Virus record (IMG/VR): IMGVR_UViG_3300025093_000001
Strand: one strand, 5' to 3'
DNA from: a virus
Taxonomy: Duplodnaviria; Heunggongvirae; Uroviricota; Caudoviricetes
Length of the DNA stretch: 64,000 nt
A model generated the notes under the pieces. That model searched no databases and had not been told where the DNA came from. It worked only from the letters and a program-made list of their open reading frames with translations. This document shows, piece by piece, positions 57,568 to 64,000 of the stretch (the stretch's first letter is position 1; each line of letters starts with the position of its first letter). The position numbers were made by a program, and so were the translations under genes.

Positions 57568-58734
57568 ATGGAAAACAACGAAGGTAAAATTACTTTTAGT
57601 GACGTTTTGGACGATGCAGGCTCTCCTTGGGAGCTATTAGACGATGAGTCTAGCACATTTATGCCAGATGGATTTGGCGTACCTACGACTCCTCCAACAC
57701 CTACTCCAGCTCCTAAAGATACAACAGAGGAACCTGAGGTAGACCCAACACCAGCTCCAGATACTACATTTGAAGATGAGTTAGAAGAAACTCCAGAGGT
57801 AGTAGATGAGCCAGAGGAAACAGAAGATGATGAGGAAGATGATATCTTCTCTTACATTGGAAATACTCTAGGAGAAAAGGGAATTTTAACAGTGTCAGAA
57901 GACACTAAGTTTGAATCAGGAGATGATATCTGGAATGCAGTGCAGAGTAAGATTGATTCAGAAGTTCAGGCTTACAAAGATTCACTTGGAGAGGATTCTC
58001 GTAAGTACATTGAATACTTAGAGGCAGGTGGTGACCCTAGCAGGTATATAGCGGTCAACGCACAATCAGATTTCTCAACACTCGACATCTCTGATAAAGA
58101 GAATGCTAAGCGAGTGCTTTCTGAGTTTTATAAAGCTAAGGGTTTCTCTGAAGCTAAAATCACTAAGTTGATTGAAACATCTGAGGATTTAGAAGAATTG
58201 GAAATTGATGCTAAAGATGCACAAGAGTTCTTCACTCAAAAGAAAGAAGCTGATAAACAAGCGTTGATTGAGCAAGAGGCTAGAGCACTCGAAGCAAGAC
58301 GTAAACAAGAGGAACAGTTCACACAAAACCTTGAAGACTTCGTACAGAAACAAGAGGCTGTAAGAAACTTCCCTCTAAAAACTAAACAGCAAAAGCAAGA
58401 GATTCTTGACTACATGTTTAAGAAAACAGTACCATTTGAACAGAATGGTCAGACAGTTAAGATTTCTCAATATATGGCTGATAAGATTAAAAGAAATCAA
58501 GATGAGGCAGCTAAAACAGAAGACCTCATTTTTGACGCTTTAATTATGAAGTATGGGTCTGACCCAATTCAAAAGAAAGCAATAACAGACCGTAATAGAA
58601 AGTTGGCTGACTTAGGTAAGAGACACCGTAGTAACAGCACTAGTACTAAACTGTCAGGGTCTGGTGGAAAGAGTAAAAAACCAAGAGGAGGTTCACATTC
58701 ATTCGATGACCTTGATTGGGAAACATTAAATTAA
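57568..58734 (+). CDS. Candidate scaffolding protein
   Basis: Acidic Pro/Thr-rich N-terminus, extended coiled coil, basic C-terminal tail; sits between the portal and capsid candidates. Confidence 0.45.
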   Translation: MENNEGKITFSDVLDDAGSPWELLDDESSTFMPDGFGVPTTPPTPTPAPKDTTEEPEVDPTPAPDTTFEDELEETPEVVDEPEETEDDEEDDIFSYIGNTLGEKGILTVSEDTKFESGDDIWNAVQSKIDSEVQAYKDSLGEDSRKYIEYLEAGGDPSRYIAVNAQSDFSTLDISDKENAKRVLSEFYKAKGFSEAKITKLIETSEDLEELEIDAKDAQEFFTQKKEADKQALIEQEARALEARRKQEEQFTQNLEDFVQKQEAVRNFPLKTKQQKQEILDYMFKKTVPFEQNGQTVKISQYMADKIKRNQDEAAKTEDLIFDALIMKYGSDPIQKKAITDRNRKLADLGKRHRSNSTSTKLSGSGGKSKKPRGGSHSFDDLDWETLN

Positions 58735-58751
58735 TAAATTAACAAACAAGA

Positions 58752-60194
58752 ATGGCAACTGCAAATCTAACGACTAAATTCAGGTTCCGTCCATGGCACG
58801 CTAATGATACAGAAATGAATCACTTGGCTAATGCTGGGTTGGTTACTACTGAGAAATTGTCCCGAAGACTCGAAAGACAGTTCATTTCTAAGAAGAATAT
58901 GTATAACCCTATGCAAGCGTATGGGGCTGCTTCTCCTAAGAATGTTAAGAAAATGACACAAGATGTCATCGAGTGGGAACTTATGGGTGCATCTGACCGC
59001 CCTCTTGTAATCGTTGAGGACGTGAGTCCTACTGACGTTTATAAAGGAAAAGGTCAGTCAATCTTCAATCTGAAGTTTGATACTAACTGGTGGAAAGTAG
59101 GGGACGTAATTGCTCCTGCAAACAAGAAGTACTTACTTCGTGTTCAAGTAGCACCTTACAAAGATGGTAATGGATACATCTATGGTGTACAATTCCTTGA
59201 AGACGACCAAAGCCTTTATCTGCCAAGTTCATATGTAGCTCCTGGTCAACGCTTCGCAAAACTATTCTCTACTTACGGAGAAGGTTCTGACAGCGCAGGT
59301 AGTGTACATTTCGCAATGCCTTTCTCTCTGCAAACTCAAACATCTTTAATCAAGAAAGAATATAAGATTACTGGGGATGCTCATATGAAGGGAGTATTGG
59401 AAATTGCATTGATGGATGAAACTGGAAAGATTCACGATTCAAAATGGATTAACTACGCTGATGCTGAGTTCAAAGCTCAGTTCGCAAGAGAAAAAGAAAT
59501 GCTTCTGTGGTACGGAAGAGAGTCTAACAACACTCCTGACACTACTGGCCGTCCAGTGAGAACTGGTGCTGGTATTGAGCAGCTGATGGAAAGTGGACAC
59601 CTTCACTACTACAACAAGCTTACTACTAAGCTTATCCAAGAATACTTGATGGATATCTTCTACAACCGTGTAGGATTCAATAGCCGTCACGTAATTGGTT
59701 ACACTGGTGAGTACGGTGCATTGGCTCTTCACAGAGCTCTTGCTGACGATGCCAACAAATTCTTAACTATGGATACTAGTATCATCGGTGATGCTGCTGG
59801 TTCTGAGTTCAATGTGAATGCTAAAGAATTTGGTCGTCAGTTTGTAAGATATCGTGGTCCTAATGGAATCATCTTTGATATCGCTTACAACCCATGCTAT
59901 GATGACACATCTAAGCAGTGGTTGATTGACCCTGTAACAGGTAAACCAGCTGAGTCTCAGAAATTCACTTTCTTTGACCTTAGCGATAAAACAGGAAATG
60001 GTAACTTATTCCTTCTGCAAGGAACTAAGAAATCAGGATATGTTTCTGGTCTGACTACACCTTACGGTCCTTCTAATGGAGCTATGATGAGTAACTCTGA
60101 GGACGCGTACACTATGATTGAGTATGAAGAAGCAGGTGTACAAATCGTAGACGTATCTAGATGTGGACAGTTGAGATTGTCTGTATCTGCCTAA
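58752..60194 (+). CDS. Candidate major capsid protein
   Basis: 480 aa; immediately follows the scaffold; followed by a strong terminator. Confidence 0.4.
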   Translation: MATANLTTKFRFRPWHANDTEMNHLANAGLVTTEKLSRRLERQFISKKNMYNPMQAYGAASPKNVKKMTQDVIEWELMGASDRPLVIVEDVSPTDVYKGKGQSIFNLKFDTNWWKVGDVIAPANKKYLLRVQVAPYKDGNGYIYGVQFLEDDQSLYLPSSYVAPGQRFAKLFSTYGEGSDSAGSVHFAMPFSLQTQTSLIKKEYKITGDAHMKGVLEIALMDETGKIHDSKWINYADAEFKAQFAREKEMLLWYGRESNNTPDTTGRPVRTGAGIEQLMESGHLHYYNKLTTKLIQEYLMDIFYNRVGFNSRHVIGYTGEYGALALHRALADDANKFLTMDTSIIGDAAGSEFNVNAKEFGRQFVRYRGPNGIIFDIAYNPCYDDTSKQWLIDPVTGKPAESQKFTFFDLSDKTGNGNLFLLQGTKKSGYVSGLTTPYGPSNGAMMSNSEDAYTMIEYEEAGVQIVDVSRCGQLRLSVSA

Positions 60195-60210
60195 TGAATA
60201 TTAAGAGATT

Positions 60211-60245
60211 GGGGTGGGAATCCTCCCACTCCACTTTCTTTCTTA
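60211..60245 (+). terminator. Rho-independent terminator after the capsid candidate
   Basis: GGGGTGGGA-atcc-TCCCACTCC followed by a T-rich run. Confidence 0.5.
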
Positions 60246-60270
60246 ACTAAAACAAAAACGAAGATATATT

Positions 60271-61074
60271 ATGGATAACAATCAAATCATTGTTATGCCT
60301 GTGGTTAGAAGAAAGCCATGGGTTAACACATCACAGTTCAACAAGAACAAAGTAATGGAGGCGAACACCACAGTACAAGCGTACTCTGGACAGAATGGTC
60401 TCCAAACAGGTTTAGAAGGGAATAAGGAACTTCAAGAGGAGTTTGAAAAAGAACTGGGACTAGCTCCTGGTACATTAGCCCCAACGCTCTCTAATGATTA
60501 TTGGTCAGAAGAGGTCAATATTAAACTTGAGGATGGTCCTACTACATTCAGTAAATCTCATCCAAAGGACAGGCTAAAAATTCTCATTTTACAAAATCAC
60601 CCTCTCGTGGCTAACTCACTTGCTGAGGTATCACCAGAAACTGATTTTTACATTGTAGATGAAGTCCTAGAACAAGAGAAAAAGCTTAACAAAGCAGAGA
60701 AGAAAGAAAGAGCATATGCAATCTTCTCTGAGATGTCACCATCTGAAAAGAGACAATTCCTTAAGATGTTTGGAAAAGGTGGAAACGAGATGTCAGATGT
60801 TGATGTTAAAGCTGAACTCTCAACTATTCTAGAAGACAATGTTGACGACTTCCTCTCTAAATCAGAATTCTCTAAAGAGAAATTAACCATCAGAGCATTT
60901 ATCTTTGATTTGGTACAGTACGGAATCTTGAGAATCCGTGGTGGCCACTACTTCGACTCTGATGAAGATAAAGGAAACTTAGAGGCTCTAACCACTTATT
61001 TCCTTTCACCTAGTAAGCAGGACGCTTATTTGACCTATAAAGAAAGATTAGAACACGCTAAACTCGGTAATTAA
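60271..61074 (+). CDS. Virion structural protein (possible head completion/adaptor)
   Basis: ORF in the structural block. Confidence 0.4.
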   Translation: MDNNQIIVMPVVRRKPWVNTSQFNKNKVMEANTTVQAYSGQNGLQTGLEGNKELQEEFEKELGLAPGTLAPTLSNDYWSEEVNIKLEDGPTTFSKSHPKDRLKILILQNHPLVANSLAEVSPETDFYIVDEVLEQEKKLNKAEKKERAYAIFSEMSPSEKRQFLKMFGKGGNEMSDVDVKAELSTILEDNVDDFLSKSEFSKEKLTIRAFIFDLVQYGILRIRGGHYFDSDEDKGNLEALTTYFLSPSKQDAYLTYKERLEHAKLGN

Positions 61075-61823
61075 TGACAATAGAGGAAATGCATATTGAC
61101 TTCAAGCGGAAGTACAATAAGGTAGACTCGGAGAAATACAGAAACTTTAGACCAGAAGAAATTGATTTATACCTTAATGAGGCTCAAGAACTTCTGATTA
61201 AAAGTAAAGTAAAAGGGTTCGAGGCTTCACAAAAACTTATTGATGACTTACGTCCACTTCTAGTTAAGCATGAAGAAGATGCAGCACAACCTCTTGCGAC
61301 ACCAACAGTACAGGGGAACGCGTATATCTTTGACTTAAGCACACTAGGTACAGTTGATAATAGACTAAAGTACCTCTACCACATGCGCTCAGTAGTAAAT
61401 GCTACTAAGACAGGATGTAACACAGAGGAACTCATCTGTCGAATTGTACAGACTGATGACCTTAGTGAAGCTTTAGTCAGTGAGTTTTACTCACCCTCTT
61501 TTGAGTGGAGAGAAGTTCCAATCTTATTTGCAGGTGACAAGGTGTATGTCTACTCAGACGGAACTTTCACAATTGATGAATTAAAGATAGACTACTTGAA
61601 AAGACCAGTTAGAATGGCTAACCCTAATGCGGTTAAAAATTCAGCAGGTACAATCATAGGCTATAATCATCCAGATGGCACTCCAGCAGTACAACAAGAC
61701 TGCGAGATACAATCTACTTTCTTTTGCCGTGAAATTGTAGATGAAGCTATCAGGATAGCAACTATTGACTTGGGTGACCCAAGACTACAAATGGCAAATA
61801 TTAAAACACAAATTAACAAATAA
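61074..61823 (+). CDS. Virion structural protein
   Basis: ORF; ATGA coupling with the upstream gene. Confidence 0.4.
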   Translation: MTIEEMHIDFKRKYNKVDSEKYRNFRPEEIDLYLNEAQELLIKSKVKGFEASQKLIDDLRPLLVKHEEDAAQPLATPTVQGNAYIFDLSTLGTVDNRLKYLYHMRSVVNATKTGCNTEELICRIVQTDDLSEALVSEFYSPSFEWREVPILFAGDKVYVYSDGTFTIDELKIDYLKRPVRMANPNAVKNSAGTIIGYNHPDGTPAVQQDCEIQSTFFCREIVDEAIRIATIDLGDPRLQMANIKTQINK

Positions 61824-61842
61824 CTTTTAAATTTAAACTAAT

Positions 61843-63180
61843 ATGGAAACTAGAGTATTTAGAGTACTATCAGGACTAGCTAATACTGCTGTAGAAGCTG
61901 CAGGGTCTCCTCTGTACGCTCCTACAACTGGTGCTATTGTTTTACTTCAAGGTCAAATTGGACTGTATGATGTAGACACTCTTACTTCTCAAAACCCAGC
62001 AACAGGGTTAAGTAGCCTTACGCCTGGAAAATATTTCTTCGCATTGGGTACTGACGCTAATGGTGAAATCACTGACACTGCTGCGGTGGCTGAGAGCTTT
62101 GTAAAGTCTCTTATCATCGACACAACACAACCTCTGAAGATGACACAGCAAGCAGCTGTTACTGCTGTTACTCAACAAAAGTCCTTCACTTGGACTTCAA
62201 CAGACTGTGAGACAGAGTATTGTATTAAAGTAAATATCAACTCTCCTCAAATTGCACAAGCAATGGGATGGAACCCATTGTACAAATCTTTCAACGTAAC
62301 TACTGATTGCTGTGATGACAGCTGTGACACTTGTGGTGGTGGAGATTGCGACGCACTTGCTGACCTGATTGTTACTGCAATCAATGATGACAAGGATGCA
62401 TTCTTGACTGCAACTAAGAACACTCAGTATGACTTAGCATGGTCTAGTGTAGACATTAGTGCTTATGCAACTTCTGCTGCTGATTCTAACTTCACATTTG
62501 GTGGCGAAACTTTTGTATTCACTTCAGGTGATTATACTGGTGATGCTGCTGGTGATGCAACAGAATTAGAAGACGAGCTGCAAGCATTTCTTGATGCAGC
62601 TAATCTAGGAGGTACTGTAACTGTTACTCGTAACGGTGCTGGTGACTACGATATTGCTATTGCTGGAACTTATGTTTCTGCAGCTACTTTAGATGCATCT
62701 GGAGAAGATGACGCTGCTACACCAACTGCAACTACTAACGGATGTCCTAATGTATCTGTAATTGCGAACATTCCTGCAATCGCGCAGTACTGTTCAATGC
62801 CTACAAATGTATTGGATGTTGACGTTGTAACCTTCGATATGTACGGAGATTGCGGATGGGATTGTAACTTCACAGAGGTTGAAAACAGAGCTGCAGTTGC
62901 TGCAGAAGGTACAGGAGCTTACGTTCTTGGACTGGAGCAAGAAGCTACTGGCTATGGAAAAGACCACTGGTACAGACTATCTGGAATGTTACGTCCTGAC
63001 ACAGGAAGAAGTACATTGACAGATTCAAGTTTAACACACAAATTATATGTGATTGAACACCAAGACCTTCACGAAGGTGCTCCATCAGGACACTACTTCC
63101 GAAGTGTTTGGAAAACTATCATCGCATGTCCTACTACGTCTACAAGTGCAATCTCAGGATTGGACACAACTGTAGCGTAA
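61843..63180 (+). CDS. Virion structural protein, Thr/Ala/Asp-rich with a Cys cluster (TDCCDDSCDTCGGGDCD)
   Basis: 445 aa, beta-rich composition. Confidence 0.4.
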   Translation: METRVFRVLSGLANTAVEAAGSPLYAPTTGAIVLLQGQIGLYDVDTLTSQNPATGLSSLTPGKYFFALGTDANGEITDTAAVAESFVKSLIIDTTQPLKMTQQAAVTAVTQQKSFTWTSTDCETEYCIKVNINSPQIAQAMGWNPLYKSFNVTTDCCDDSCDTCGGGDCDALADLIVTAINDDKDAFLTATKNTQYDLAWSSVDISAYATSAADSNFTFGGETFVFTSGDYTGDAAGDATELEDELQAFLDAANLGGTVTVTRNGAGDYDIAIAGTYVSAATLDASGEDDAATPTATTNGCPNVSVIANIPAIAQYCSMPTNVLDVDVVTFDMYGDCGWDCNFTEVENRAAVAAEGTGAYVLGLEQEATGYGKDHWYRLSGMLRPDTGRSTLTDSSLTHKLYVIEHQDLHEGAPSGHYFRSVWKTIIACPTTSTSAISGLDTTVA

Positions 63181-63270
63181 TAGATAAGGATTTATATCTT
63201 CAATTGTTTTCGTAATACGGTAGGGGGATGGGTCTAACCTATCCCCTTATTTATTTAAAAATTAACACAC

Positions 63271-63780
63271 ATGAAAGGATTAAACTACGTCCCTGAAAAT
63301 GGGGGCAATATTGACAAAAGACTTCGCAATCTAGAATATGCAGTTGATTGTGTACCATACGCTTCGGGTGTCTTTACTGTTCAAGGACTAGCTTTAACAG
63401 ATGCAACAGCTTCTACGCTTGCTTTTACAGCAGGAGAAAATGATAGAGTGACTGTTGATGCTACTGCTGGCTCTACTAAAATTTTAGCTGCAGGATTCTA
63501 TAAAGTTGATGTATCTGGATTCATCCAGTTTATTACTGATTCTGTTGCTGCTACTGGACAGTTGGATGTTTTGGTTAATGGAACATCAGTACTTACAACT
63601 GGTGATGGAGCTGCTGCTACAACAGCAGGTGCTGTCGTACCTGTAAGTGGTACTATAATTCTAGATTTAGAAGTAAACGACGTAATTACCTTTACTATCA
63701 CTCTTACTGGAGATGATGGTGATACTAGTGCAACTTTGGGAAATGCTTCATTTAGCCTCTTTCGCATTAAAGCAGGGTAA
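63271..63780 (+). CDS. Beta-rich virion protein (Ig-like/decoration or fibre candidate)
   Basis: Gly/Thr/Ala/Val-rich with alternating pattern. Confidence 0.4.
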   Translation: MKGLNYVPENGGNIDKRLRNLEYAVDCVPYASGVFTVQGLALTDATASTLAFTAGENDRVTVDATAGSTKILAAGFYKVDVSGFIQFITDSVAATGQLDVLVNGTSVLTTGDGAAATTAGAVVPVSGTIILDLEVNDVITFTITLTGDDGDTSATLGNASFSLFRIKAG

Positions 63781-63783
63781 TGA

Positions 63784-64000
63784 ATGACTACAGCAGAGTT
63801 CAAGACAAGATTAAATGAGATTCTATTTAATAGGTCTCGTGTAGGTCAATACCAATACGATGAGTTTCGTAGGGTTGACTATGAGGTAGCAAAACTTCTG
63901 GATGAGTATCTCACCAGTTTTGTGTCTGCCCCTGTCTATGCATACATTGCTGTAACTACAACATACACAGTCTTAACGACTGACTATATAGTTGACTGTA
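63784..64000 (+). CDS. 3'-partial ORF running to the window edge
   Basis: ATG at 63784 opens a frame (MTTAEFKTRLNEILFNRSRVGQY...) with no stop before position 64000. Confidence 0.4.
   Translation, partial: MTTAEFKTRLNEILFNRSRVGQYQYDEFRRVDYEVAKLLDEYLTSFVSAPVYAYIAVTTTYTVLTTDYIVDC

Noticed and set aside
1-64000. CRISPR arrays, integrase/transposase genes, prophage att sites
   Set aside because: No regularly spaced direct repeats and no recombinase-like ORFs. The only tRNA-type 3' ends belong to full-length tRNA or tmRNA candidates, so nothing indicates an integrated or mobile element.

Overview
This window reads as part of a large, low-GC, apparently lytic phage genome with a Bacteroidetes (Flavobacteriia-type) host signature. 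That call rests on lipoprotein and secretion-type signal peptides, a C-terminal beta-sandwich domain of the kind seen on Bacteroidetes surface proteins, and TAnnTTTG-like -7 promoter boxes. The layout is three strand blocks: a 5'-partial giant virion protein on + (1..3479), a long minus-strand block (3558..43879), and a plus-strand block (44017 to the window end). The minus block carries nucleotide metabolism (class II RNR, MazG, NadV plus a PRPP-synthetase-like protein), replication and recombination genes (family A DNA polymerase, TOPRIM primase, DnaB-like helicase, a frameshifted SF2 helicase, RecT-like annealing protein, PD-(D/E)XK nuclease, SSB), an RNA-repair cassette (Rnl2-like ligase, P-loop kinase, metallophosphatase), two tRNAs, a candidate phage-encoded tmRNA, and many small membrane, secreted or lipoprotein genes. 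The plus block carries a PhoH-like ATPase, small genes, a GroES-like co-chaperonin, lysis candidates, then terminase, portal, scaffold and capsid/structural genes. The most striking feature is a contiguous five-gene peptide/amide-bond-forming cassette at 11657..17449: a GS-like amidoligase, an Ntn-type class II glutamine amidotransferase, an ATP-grasp ligase, a gamma-glutamyl cyclotransferase and a second GCS2/phiEco32-like COOH-NH2 ligase. It sits inside the replication module. A PuuD-like class I amidotransferase/C26 hydrolase and two paralogous GNAT-like proteins lie elsewhere in the same strand block. Together these point to an uncharacterised gamma-glutamyl/peptide-conjugate synthesis or protein-tagging system. 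There are also several ORF-free, GC-richer stretches that are candidate structured RNAs, and chains of very small overlapping ORFs below the length cutoff of the ORF track. No integrase, transposase or CRISPR array is present.
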